A stretch of DNA of 64,000 nucleotides from Callorhinchus milii (lineage: Eukaryota). Under the pieces are notes generated by a model, which saw nothing but the letters and a program-made list of their open reading frames with translations, was not told where the DNA came from and did not search any database. Shown one piece after another: positions 1 to 13,000 of the stretch. How positions within the stretch are numbered: position 1 is the stretch's first letter; each line of letters begins with the position of its first letter. A program made the translations under genes and the position numbers. The stretch is taken from positions 5,642,001 to 5,706,000 of the forward strand of contig NW_024704751.1 of assembly GCF_018977255.1 (NCBI RefSeq), in the 5' to 3' direction.

Positions 1-1410
1 AGACAGAGAGACAGAGAGAGAGGGACAGAGAGAGGGACAGNNNNNNNNNNNNNNNNNNNNNNNNNNNNNNNNNNNNNNNNNNNNNNNNNNNNNNNNNNNN
101 NNNNNNNNNNNNNNNNNNNNNNNNNNNNNNNNNNNNNNNNNNNNNNNNNNNNNNNNNNNNNNNNNNNNNNNNNNNNNNNNNNNNNNNNNNNNNNNNNNNN
201 NNNNNNNNNNNNNNNNNNNNNNNNNNNNNNNNNNNNNNNNNNNNNNNNNNNNNNNNNNNNNNNNNNNNNNNNNNNNNNNNNNNNNNNNNNNNNNNNNNNN
301 NNNNNNNNNNNNNNNNNNNNNNNNNNNNNNNNNNNNNNNNNNNNNNNNNNNNNNNNNNNNNNNNNNNNNNNNNNNNNNNNNNNNNNNNNNNNNNNNNNNN
401 CACAGACAGAGAGACGGACACAGAGAGAGAGACACGCGGACAGAGAGAGAGACACAGACAGAGAGAGAGAGACACACAGACAGAGAGAGACACACATAGA
501 CAGAGAGAGACACACACAGACAGAGAGAGAGACACAGACAGAGTTAGAGACACAGATACAGCGAGAGAGAGACACAGATACAGCGAGAGACAGACAGACA
601 GAGACAGGCAGGCAGAGACTGACAGACAGACAGAGACTGACAGACAGACAGAGACTGACAGACAGACAGAAGCAGATAGAGATACAGAGAGAGAGATACA
701 GACAGAGACAGATAGAGACACAGAGAGAGAGACATAGAGAAGCACGCGCAGAGACAGCTAGAAAGAGACACACAGAGAGAGAACACACAAATAAACTCGG
801 AGAGAGACAGGCAGGGATGCATATGGGGGAGGGGAAACAGATAGAGACACCTCCACAGATACATACAGAGAGAGAGAGACACACACACAAACATACAGAA
901 AGATAAACACACACACAGACAGGAAGAGACACAGAGAGGGAGACACACATACACACACAACACACAGACATACAGAAAGATAAACACACACACAGACAGG
1001 AAGAGACACAGAGAGAGACACACATACAGAGACACACATACAGAGAGACATAGACACATACAAACTCAGAGAGACATACACACACCGACATACATATTGA
1101 GAGAGACACATATACACGCACACAGACTCTGAGAGAGAGAGTGCGTGAGAGAGACACACACACAGATACACACAGAGAGGAAGAGATACAGGTAAACACA
1201 CAGACTCTGAGAGAGAGTGACATATAGATACACGTGGAGAGGAAGAGATACACACATTCAGTGAGAGAGATTTATACAGAGAGAGACACACGCACACACT
1301 CAAAGAGAGAGACAGGCAGAGATACATTTGAGGGCGGGAGGGGGAAACAGATAGAGACACCGAGAGACTTACATACACAGAGAGGCACAGAGAAGAGAGA
1401 GGTACACACA
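1..1410. repeat. Compound (AG)n/(AC)n/(GACA)n microsatellite, interrupted by an assembly gap (N run 41-400)
   Basis: Continuous agacagagagacacac-type low-complexity sequence; the ORFs over it are C/L/S/V-rich artefacts. Confidence 0.95.
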
Positions 1411-1727
1411 ATAACTTGTATTTATGTAGCATCCCCCTCCCCTGCCTTATTGGGTAAATAATATTCCCTTACTCTGGCCTCCCGCTCCCCATAATGAAGA
1501 TCAAACTGAATATAATGTTCCTTCGTCTATAATATAAGATTCCCTGGACACCTATTTTATTCATATCCTTGTAGTATATTCCACTGGACACGAATTGTAT
1601 AACTGCACTGCGGGTCATGTGGTATTGAAAGTCCTCCAAATGAGTGTTGTCAACCTGAGTATGCTTTAATCTCGGTTGCGTAAAATCTCCTCCATGTGAG
1701 AAGCCAAATGGTTGACGTTGGACTGCT

Positions 1728-1781
1728 TTTTAATGGTGTACCATTAAATCCCAATTTGGATTTAATGGTACACCATTAAAA
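1728..1781. repeat. Perfect 24-bp inverted repeat with a 6-nt loop
   Basis: ttttaatggtgtaccattaaatcc caattt ggatttaatggtacaccattaaaa. Confidence 0.9.
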
Positions 1782-3232
1782 TACATTTGCTAAAATTTGA
1801 ATTTGGAAATTGCTATATAAAAATGTGCACTTGTACCTGTGTTCCTGCAGAGGGCACTGATTTCATAAATGGCAATATCTTGAGAATTTGTCGCGAGTCT
1901 GCATTTCATCCAATCGCTCCCTCCAGGTTAGCTGGAATTAATGGACTCGCCATGTTATTTGTTCTCTCATGTGCAGCCAGCAAACAGGGACCAAGCTATA
2001 AGTGGGTCAAGGGTCCAGCACTACAGATTGTGCCGCCCACCCACTATGGGAAGTTGGGGGCAATTCTGCTCTAGGGAGAATTTTTTTTTAAAAAAAAAAA
2101 CAAAAGGCTTTGGCAAATTGCTGCCAACAATACAAAATAAGATTAATTCAATCTGTTATGTAGTAATCACATGCACCTCCATGCTTTTGGCTTCCAAATA
2201 TTCCTTGGATTTAAGACATTCATTTTCCAGGAATCAGAAGTGTTGACAAAACTGCATTTAGGTGACAGGATTTGATTTGGAGGTTTACCAATTATCCTGG
2301 GACCCCGAAATCCTGGGACGTCCACAAATTACACAGTCGCTCCATTCTACAGGAAATCCTGTGAAGCGCTGTGAGACATTGTCCTGACATGAAAGGTGCT
2401 ATATCATTTGCAAGGACTATTTATTATTGTATTATTTATTTTACATTTGCTAAAATTGACGCACCATCTCACAGATACACGTAGACAGACACGAAAAAGA
2501 ATCAAAATATCTGCGTCATTTTGTGGGTGCGTTTTACAGCCCGTTTCATTATAAATGTTAGTGTTACACAGTACTTAAAAGTTGCGTGTTCATAATACAG
2601 GTTAGAAATCTACAGAAAAGACAGAATTGCTTTTGTAGGCACTCTGCCAGTTTGTAAATTATAAAACGAGGGCCAAGGCTGAAGTCATTTTTTCATCAAG
2701 AAAAATGATTCTCAATGCCAAAAGCTTGTGAGTTGTAAAATGCTGATGTTATCACGAACAGTTGATTAATGATTCCTCTATATTAAAAAAGGATGCTCGG
2801 AATTAATAATTATAACAATCCTTGCATTTGATATAGTCTTATTAAGTCTTCGAGACGTTTCAATGCGCTTCACAGGATATACTGTAAAGTGAAATGACTG
2901 TATATTTTGTGGGTGAAATAAGATTATTAGACTGTTTGAAATCATTGAGTAATTTAGTGAGATTAAGCATATTTCATCACAGGATGGACAGGAGCATGCC
3001 GCTGATCGATATTGGGTATCAATCAGTTTGTGCCTCATTACTCAGTTTGAGCTCTGACTTGTCTCAGAATTATTACATTTTATGCTGTTCACTTTTGCAA
3101 ATCCAGTTCTCTTTTGCCCTTGCCAATTTTCTCTCCTCCTCTAATGCAGACGTAATTATTTTCCCATCCATTGGGTGTGGTTCCACAGTTGTCTGCCACC
3201 CTTCATTATCTCGCCCGAGTGGCCATTGTGCA

Positions 3233-3424
3233 TCAGCCTGGCTCAGTCGGTAGCACTTTCGTTTTTGAGTCAGAAGGTAGTAAGTTTGAGACCCACATCG
3301 GGACATTGAATTGATATAGTCGATCTTGACACTCAATTGAAGTCCTACATTTTTGGAGGTGCAGTCTTCAGATGAGATGTTAAACCGAGGTCCGATCTGC
3401 CTGTTCAGGTTGATGTTAAAGAGA
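3233..3424 (+). mobile_element. SINE family B (DeuSINE/SacSINE1-like), 5' part
   Basis: tRNA-like head tggctcagtcggtagcact...gagtcagaagg plus a Deu-domain-like core ggaggtgc..gatgagatgttaaaccgagg. Confidence 0.75.
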
Positions 3425-3991
3425 AGCGTCTCTGGATAGCAATCTGGAGCAAGAGTCTTGGTTGAATTTTCTCACCAAGAAGTGCTGAGACCATTAAACT
3501 CAACATAGAGCGGGCAAAACATTCTGGTTTAATGTTGCAACACCTCAGCTGTAGGCTGTGTGAACAGCCTGTGGGCAAACAATGTTCAAACCTGAATCTT
3601 TTCATTACTGGACATTTGCAAATTAATTTGTTTACAGATACATAGTAACTGCACTTCACCCTAAAATTCCTGGTAGACATTTGGATGACATGATCAGATC
3701 CTAAGAATGATTTGAATTTGAATTTGTCATGGCTGTTTCATGTATGTGTCAATCATGAAATATACCATTATAAAATGTTATTGGTTGAAAGATAAAGTTT
3801 GCCTTGGAAGCTTATGTACTTGGCAGAGAGTGATTGAATGACTATTTTGGTCCTGAGAAAAGAAACTAATAGATGTAGATCGTTGTTGAGCAATGATGGG
3901 ATTGCTAGCACTTCATTCTCTGCTCTGTACCAACTGTAGAACTGATTTTGGTTTACTCCGTAGCTAGTAACCGTTTAATTTCTCTTCACAG

Positions 3992-4076
3992 ATATGGGCT
4001 TATTTTGCCCAAGAAGGCAAAGCAGGACATCGCAACACTGTCCAAACCATCTATTTTTGGGGATTCCGATGATGAG
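3992..4076 (+). CDS. NSRP1: NSRP1 exon 2 (YGLILPKK...FGDSDDE)
   Basis: ttctcttcacag|ATATGGG ... GATGAG|gtatgt; 85 bp. Confidence 0.92.
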
Positions 4077-7000
4077 GTATGTTGCATACAACAACAACAT
4101 TTGTATAGCGCCTTTCATGTCAGGAGGACGGCCCAACGCTATACATTGAAACGTGTACGTCAATTTGAAAAAATGGACTTGTAGAAGTTTCTTCTAAAAA
4201 TATTTAAAATGGCAGAACACTGAGATAGTAAGTTTGTTTACGGGAGTGTGTGTGTATGTGAGCGAAAGAGTGTGTGTGTGTGTGTAGGGGTGTGTGTGAG
4301 AGGGAAAATCTTGCTCTTCATTTCTCAGTTTGAAAATAACGCTATCTTAAAAGTAATCTGTACCGAGCAAACTCAAACTCAAGTCTAATAATATTGACTG
4401 TGTATCGCAATGCTGGCTGCTGTGAAGATATCACAAAAAAACAAAGATTGTTTTGAACAATTTATTATGTGTGAGGTACCTTGTGACAATTTTCTTTGTT
4501 ACCATTCATACACCCGCATATAAACACACACAATAAGAGTATAGAAACCAAATCATTCGGCTTGTTCTATTCGTATTCCTCAGCATCCGATAGTGTCAGA
4601 GCAGAGAAAAGTAAGACAAAAGGGAGTGAGGGGGGAAGACAAGTCGCGTTATTTCTAAATAATCGAAAGAAAACACCATATTTGTTAGCATAATTTTGTG
4701 AGCGAAAACTTTTCTCTGTATTTCTCGTCGCCGAAAACAATGTTATCTTGAAGTAGTCCACACTGAACAAACAGAACCTCATTTGTGTAAGTCTAATAAT
4801 GGCAGCTGTTCATTGTGGTGTGATGGGAGCTGCGGCTGAAAGCATAAAAAAAGCAATAAAGCCTTGACATCCCTTTGATCGTATCTCGAGGAGATAAGAT
4901 GTGTTGCTTGGTACAGAAATTATTTCGTTGGTTTAATAATAATTTGAGAATGATGCAGATAACTGGAATTTTGGTGGGTAGGAATTTCATTTCCTGTCAG
5001 CCGTGTTATCAATAGTTACGTCTTGTTGATAATATTCAGAGAACGCTGCAAAAAATTACCCCTGCCCATAAATGTTGTTTTAGTTGTTTTCGTGATTGTG
5101 ATATAGGGCAGGGTAGCGGCAGTGATGAGGGGAGGTGAAGAAAGAAGACAGGATAGATTTGAAATGAAGCATGAAGGGCTAACTATATTGTGGGCTTTTC
5201 TGAACCCATTTTGTATTATACCACGACTGTATCAATCAACGACTGTTTGTGAGACACTGCTACGAGCAATCAACTGCCGCGTTTCACCCGCAAACTATAC
5301 AGTCAATTCACTTTACAGTATGTTCTGCGAAGCGCTTTGAGCCGTCAAATCCTTGCTCTTGATATTGTACCTTTTCACGTCGGGGGGAACGACCCAAAGC
5401 GCTTCGCAGATATCACTGTGAAACAAGCTGTATTTGTAGGTAAACCGGGCAGACAATTTGCGAACAGCCATGCCCTCCAAGCCGCCACAAAGTGAACGGC
5501 CAATTATATTTTTACTCTGGTCAAGGAATTGTTGGCCGGGACACCGGGAGAAACTCCCTTCGCTTTTCAAATAGTGCTGCGGGATCTTTGCTTGAACGGG
5601 CACAGATGGGACTTCGGTTTCACGCCTTATCCGAGGGATGGCATCTCAGCACCTCCCCAGCATCATCGTCTCGTCGTGTTTCCAAGTCTGACGTCAAGCT
5701 TGAACCCGCAACCATCTGACTCGAGATTATCAACCGAGCCAGATTGACACCATTGGCCCTTTTCACTAATGTAATTCAGACAGATGGGTGAATAGATTAA
5801 GGGCCTGGGCCGCTGTGGAATAAGATTCCATTGCTTTAAACTGACAGCTGTTTTGAAGTTGTTTATTTCTCAAGTTTTCTTTTTGACCCCTAATTGCAGT
5901 GCCAAACCTGCAGCCTTCCTTATCAGTAAACATTAACGAGCACTCGACTGCCTCTGAAATCAGACCGATATAAACCGAGTTGAGGGAATAAGCGAGGAAA
6001 CTTCTCAGCTAATCGCAAAAGTTCACAGTTGCTGTGTGGATGCGGTTAGTGCAAATGCGAGGAGACACTGAGATCTTAGACATGATCGTTCACAACCCGG
6101 ATTTGCACAGGATCAGTAAACACTGAATCCTAAACTGTAATAGGATGTGTCTGCAGGAACTTTTTACTCCAAAGTAGTTCTCCGTCCAGAGTTATCACAG
6201 GGAGAGAGGTAGGCAAGTGACGCAATTCTTGTGCGAATCCGGGTTGCGAAGATCGCATTTGATTGTTCACCTACCAAAAAACAAAGTCACTATACATGAA
6301 GTGATTGACCCATTTTATCTGTGTGGATGGGGAGGAGGGAGGGTTGTTGGCCAAGGAGAAGCCAGGAGAAATGCCCTTTCCTTCAAATAGTGCCGCCCCC
6401 CACATTCTCACCCGCACTAAACTCCGCACTCCGATTACCCCAATTCTTGCCAAACTCCATTCGCTCCCTGTCACAGGGTGAATCGACTTCAAGATCCTCA
6501 CCCTAGTGTTTAAATCCCTCCACGCCTTGGCAAACCCCTATCTCTCCAACCTCCTCTCTCCCCACAGCCTCCTCTCTGCCTCTCTGCCGACTCCAGCCTC
6601 CTCCTTGTTCTCTCGAATCCTCCGCTCCACCATCGGCGGCCACTATGTCCCGAGGCTATGGAACTCCCTCCCTCAATCCCTTCGCCTTGCCCCCCTCTTG
6701 TTGTTGTAGTGCCATGGGATCTTTAACATCCACTCGAACAGGAAGACAGTTTAACGTCTCACGTGAAGGACTGACATGAGAGTAGAAATAGTGTCATGGT
6801 TCTTGGGTTTTTTAAACAAAAACAGGGCTCGTTCTATTCTCGCTGCCCAAAGAAAATCTGCTTTGGATTGTAGGAGTGTAACCATTCATTTTCAGGAAGG
6901 ATAATAAAGCAAGCCGACTTCATCCAGTTTATTAAAGTCTGCCAACAGTTGACTTAAAACAGATGACGTCCAAAACTTTTTGCAAATGCTGCAAAGCACT

Positions 7001-10000
7001 CAGTAAATCTTGAGTGAAGTATAACAAACAACTTAGCACTACTTCAGAGAGAGAGAGAGAGAGAGAGCGAGCACAGGAGACTGGGTGTCCTCATATGAAG
7101 TGATGTAGAATTCAGTGTATATAAGTTCTTTATCTTTGAATCTACTTCCACCCTACGGATCCCCCACTAAGTGACTGCTCGGCCCTTGGAGAGCATTCCC
7201 ACAACACAAAATGTACCATTTGTTGAGACTGTTAACACGATTTTTGTGAGCAGGATGCAATGCTGCTGTTGCAACACATTTATATTTTAGAAAAATAATC
7301 CTTATCACGACTTCGAGACGTCTCAAAGAGCTCTTAGCAAGGAACTGCTCTGAAGAGTAGCAGCTCCTAATTTTTTGATACGCTGTGTTATTATTTTACC
7401 TGAAATCATAATGTTCGGTGCATATGATAACTGGGGTTTTATTTGAATGGTATTATGTTTTAAACCGAGTGTGTCAGCTGAACTCCGCAGTAAGTTTCCA
7501 AAAATGAAGGTTGCACTTTTCCCTTTGTATTCTGAATAACATTTTCAGAAGAGTGGGAGTGCTTTACCACAATCTTTCATAATCGCTGATTTCTGCCCCC
7601 CTCTGCCCGAACCTTTGATGCATATCTGGAGGTAGTTTCGAAACCCTGTCCTTTTTGCACAAGTTAAAGCACTAAAATTGTTGCACCAGAGTTTGGATAC
7701 TGTTTCTGATAAAAGTAAGAGTGGAAAATGCTTTGTGAGAATAGAAAATTACTTTTATTCTTTACAGCCAAATCCTGTACTTATTAGAATCTGACCATTA
7801 TTAATATTCCCCCTTTCCCCAACCAGCAGCTTTGGCTAATGAGTTAACAACAACCGCAATTTATATTTGTGTAGTCCAATGACTCACTGACCCTGGGCGT
7901 GTGATATTCTGACTATCATTCAAGTCTAGGCGATGTTTCATTTTTGAAAAAAATCATTACAGCGTATTTATTTTCTGCTTCCAGACATCAGTGGGTGAGA
8001 GCCTTCAGAAAGAGGCGCTGAAGAAGAGAGTAATGAAACAGGTAAACTTCTGCTTAAGGCGTGCTTTGCAATCGCCAATTTATAATCTAGAGCGGGCTGT
8101 CCAGCTGATCAGTTTTTAGCCCAGTGACACTGTCTATCAAAAATATTAGCTTCAAGCAACTCCTACGGTTAAATATTGTAGGCACATACAGCACTAAGTG
8201 ACTTTCACTTGAATGACCAGTCTAGAATTTAGGACGATGACTTGAAATGTACCACTGAAGTATTAAGATGAATTATAATGACGTTTCAATAGATTTAGCA
8301 TAGCATGCTTGCTGCATTACATCACACAATTCTACCCACCGAATCCAAATAGTCTGAATTTAGAATTCTAACTGCGATCGGAAACTATTTTAAGTGACTG
8401 AATGTGAACGTAACTATATATAATTCCGCGGAAATCTCCCGCAACAGATCCTGGTTTGCAAACATTGAATTTGAATCAGATTTACAAACTGAAGGGAAAC
8501 TACATCTATGTCTGATATCTTGTTACTGCGACCTGCCATCACATTGTGTTCAAGGAATACTGCACTCGGGATTGATTTATGATTAGTGGTGCCGATGGCG
8601 AGACAATAAAGAATGGACCAAAAGGAGAAAGAAATTCTAATCGCAGAGAATTACATAGACGCGTACAGAAACGGGCCATTCAGCATGTCTGTGTTACGCT
8701 GCATCCACATGAGCCTCCACTCCTCCTCATGGCCTTTATTCGCTTTTCCTCACTCATCGTAGAAAGTGGCACATCTGTTGAACTGCTATTTGTGGTTACT
8801 GATTTTATTCAATCATATTGCATAAGTTGAGTCCAGTCCCCTGGCCTTATCCACCCTGATAAAGCCAGGACATCGGACTCGACGTATTGTTAATTACCCT
8901 TTGGGTAAAGAAATACTTCCTGGTATCTGTGCTGAAGTTGCTGGTGTAAGGTGAGCCACAAACAAACAAACAAAAAAAAATTACATTTATATAGCGCCTT
9001 TCACGTCGGGAGACGCTGAAGCCTCATGACTGAGTATGGAGCGTTTCTTTTTCCAAATAGACAAAATTGGAAATGCAAAAGGCTCTGGAAGAAGATTCCA
9101 CGGTGTACGAATATGACAACATCTATGATGACCTTCAGCAGAAGAAGATCGAAGGCAACGCCAAGTTACTGTCTGGTGCAAATAAAAAGGTAGAAGTTCC
9201 CTTTATATTGTTTCGAGATCTCTTGTATTGTTGGAGGGGAAGCAAGTTGAGGCTAAATAGAGAGCTGAGACACTTGATGCACTTTACCACCAATATTGGA
9301 AAGAAATTACACGTCAGCTGGTTAGCAGTTGTTAAGCTTGGGTTTCTATAAGGCTGTAGCTTGTGTTAGAAGTAAAATTGCAAGGAACCCCCCCCACATA
9401 GCCTGTTACCAGCCAATTAAGGAGCTGTTTTGCAGTGCTAGGCAATATCCCCTCCCAATTGCTTGCAGTGGATAGAGAATAAATATATTCTGTGAAGCGC
9501 TTGGACACAGGCGCTATATCAAATGCAAGAATTATTATTATTATTGAATTACAGAAGAGTCTTAAACTTGTATGTGGTTGTAAAGGATGAAGTTTGGTAG
9601 AAATAAAAAAAAGTAGAAGCATCGCAGTATGTAAAATATTATTTCTCTCAGATTAACCAAAAATGTTAAAACAAAAAAAACTTAGTTTTTTTTTAAAAAA
9701 ACCCAAAAAGCCCAAGTACATCGAAAGCTTGATGAAAGCCGTCGGAGAACGAAAAAAGGAGCAAGAGAGAAGGATGGAGCGGAAGATCCAAAAGGAACGA
9801 GAAGCTGAAGGGGAAATGTACGTGGACAAAGACGCTTTTGTCACGTCCGCCTACAAAAAGAAGCTTCAGGAGCAAGCGGAGGAGAAAGAACTGGAGCGCA
9901 GAGAAGCAGCCATAGAAGGTGAACTTTCATAGACTTGCCCACAATATACAGGGGATCCTCGGCGTAGCTCCCTTCAAAACAGCAGTGCCTCCACTTCTAG

Positions 10001-13000
10001 CGCAGTATGCAAAACAACAACAACTTGCATTTACATAGCGGCCCAGAGCGCTTGACTTCGGCAGAGCACAACACCGAGCCGGGTGGGGGGGAGAGAGGGG
10101 GGTGATCAGAGACACAATCTAATTGGAAGGTCTTCGGACGCGACCTGAAGATAATAATAATAATCCTTGCATTTGATATAGTGCCTCATCACGTCTTCGA
10201 GACGTCTCAAAGCGCTTCACAGAATATACTGTAAAGTGAACTGACTGTAGTTACTGCTAGGTAAACAGAGGCATGTGGAGTAAGGAAAGTTGCCCAGCAT
10301 TTCGCTTTGCCGGGAATAGAACCCAGTACTATCTAAGATTTTTACTTAAAACCGGTCTCTCACTTGCGAGGCGAGCGCTCTAACCGCTGAGCTACAGGAC
10401 TCCACGGGGATGGGGAAGGAAGGGGCAAGGCGGAGGGATAGAGGATAATAGCCAACTCCTGGGTCACCAGGTCGCGACTGGCGTCCATTTGCTGAACGTT
10501 ACTTGACCGTAACGTCTCTCACTCGCGCTGTCTATGCTCAAAACGAGACCCCAACAGCTTCGCAGAGTGACGTCAGCGGTTCCCTTTCTGCGGGTGGACT
10601 AACCGTGCAGGAATTTTCCATGGTAACCTTTTCTTTGCACTTTGCTTCTAAACTTAGGCTCTGGTAAGGTTTCCCCGTGTAGTAATCCTTGCGCCAGTAA
10701 CAATAATCCAAGCAATTCTAAACCAAATGGACATCGTGTGCCCTTTTGAGCAAAGCTTTTCAAGCGAGGAATCGGAAAAACAAAACGTTTTCAAAACAGA
10801 TCATAATATATCGCTAATTTCTCTGTGCGCTGCATTTGCTGCCTCAGTACTATATGTGCAAACGTGCTTAGAAACTCCTTACCGATGTTGAATTGTGGAT
10901 GCCGTCGGGAAAGAAATTCATCTCCCAAAGGCTGAATGAACCCCATTCCCCATCCCCCGCCTTCCCCATTGAAATACGCTGCCTCCAGAGGGCATTGTGT
11001 AGCTGAAGAACAAAGCTACTGGACTAGGCATTTGGTTGCTTATGAAAAAGCATTTGGATGTAAGTGGTCTGCAGATTTGCAGATGTACATGCAGCTGGTA
11101 CTCTGTTATGTTCAACTTCCTTTGTATACACTGTAACCCCAACGTTGACGCACGCGTCACTGTTAAGTGCGCCGAGGCGCTACTGTGAGTAGAAAGCGCG
11201 ATTTAAATGCAAGTTGTTGTTGTGTGTATCGTTAATTAAAACGGAAACCGTTTTTGATTGCACCCCAATTGTTTACAAGGCATCCAGTATCCCTGAAGCG
11301 AGATTACAGAGGGGATTTGTAACTATGAATTCTTCCTTCTGTGAATTCAAATACAGTTCATAACTCGCAAGAACCAGACCATAACTCGCAAGCACAGGCC
11401 TTGGCAGACATACTATCTAAAATTAATAATAATAATCCTTGCATTTGATATAGCGCCTCATTACGTTGTTGAGACGTCTCAAAGCGCTTCACAGAATATA
11501 CTGTAAAGTGGATTGACTCTGTGTATTTTGCGTGCGAAATGCGGGAGCCAGTTTGGCACAGCAACAGGTATTCTGTGAAGCGCTTTGAGACATCTCAACG
11601 ACGTGATAAGGCACTATGTCGAATGCAGGAATTATCAGAAAACACGGCCTTTATCTGAATTTTACTTATGCTCTTAGCTTCGTTGGACGTGACTAAGCAG
11701 AAGGACCTCAGCGGTTTCTACCGACACCTCTTGAATCAAACGGTGGGCGAGGAAGCGATGCCAGAGTGCAGCATTCGTGGGATTAAAAGGTAAAATGGAA
11801 ACGGTTGCTGCTTTCGAATACGTTCTCCCAGGGGATAGTGGGAGAATTCATTGAGCAACATATATGAGCTAGGTCAATGAACCTTCTAGCTAGTGGTAAA
11901 ACCTTCTGGCTCAGGGTGCCAATTGAGAGGTGTGGGAGGTTTCAGATTACTGTTCCTTCCACAGGGATTTGGCAGCAACACTTGAGCTTTCATATGGGTT
12001 ACTAGGGTGGTGCTGCCAGTGGAAAAAGTACCATTAAAAACAGCACAGACACAGTGCAGTTTTGAGGAGAAAGGTCAATGCGAGGGAAGACATTGTGCAA
12101 AGTACTTATCTCAGATAATGGTTTGGGACAGGGAGGGAGGGAGATCTGTGAGAGTGGCATTGCCATAATCCTGCCGTAAGGTATCCCCCTCTCGCTTGGG
12201 TTGTAGAAGTTAGAAAAATCATTACGTAAAGGAGTTTGTCAGATCCTTGTCAAAGCAGCATAAATAATAACAGATTCTCCAGCTGGGTTTTAAATTTCTT
12301 CAAACGAACTGGAAATCGCTGAGTGTTATGGATTTATGGTTTTGAACGATGTTATTGCTGGCACTTTCTGTATGAAATATGAATTGCTGTTCTTGTGGTA
12401 TTACCAAACTAACTCGCATCCTGGACAGATGTGAGGGGAAACATTATGCTCTGCAACAATTGTGGTCTGGTTATAGCAGCTCCTCATGTGACTCAGTCTT
12501 GATTGTATCCAGACTGCCTTCCGCAACTGTGTATAATCCAAAGCGGAAAATGATAGAATCTGGAAAAGGAATAGAAGCGACGGAAAGCAAAGAATATTCA
12601 AATACTGCGGCCTTCTCACACTGTCAGCCATTGTAAGCTTTAGCCTACAAAATGCAGTCGTTGCGCTCGACAATAAATCTTGTGAAGCACTTTCAGAAAT
12701 CTTGATTACGTGAGAATTACTGCTAAGACCGTTGCAGTATAGCTTTCACGTCGGGAGAACGTCCCAAGGTGCTGGGAAGTTTTGATATACTGGAGTGAAT
12801 TTGAGCACGGTTTATTGTTCTGCGTTTACACAACCCGCTTATTATGCTGCTGTTTCTCTAACCCGCCTTACCCGTACTTAAAGTCTGACATTAAATATAC
12901 CGCTCTAATTCTGTAGCAAATCCACCACAAGTACTAGTGATGAAACACACGTCTTAGTGCTTTCTCTTCAAATAAAACTAAACACAAGCGATGAATGGAG

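Noticed and set aside
544-1461. Long ORFs (171 and 224 aa) at the window start
   Set aside because: Translations of dinucleotide/tetranucleotide microsatellite; no protein-like content
1410-3990. miR-423/miR-3184 expected from mammalian NSRP1 intron 1, and NSRP1 exon 1
   Set aside because: No matching sequence recognised; exon 1 probably lies upstream or in the gap
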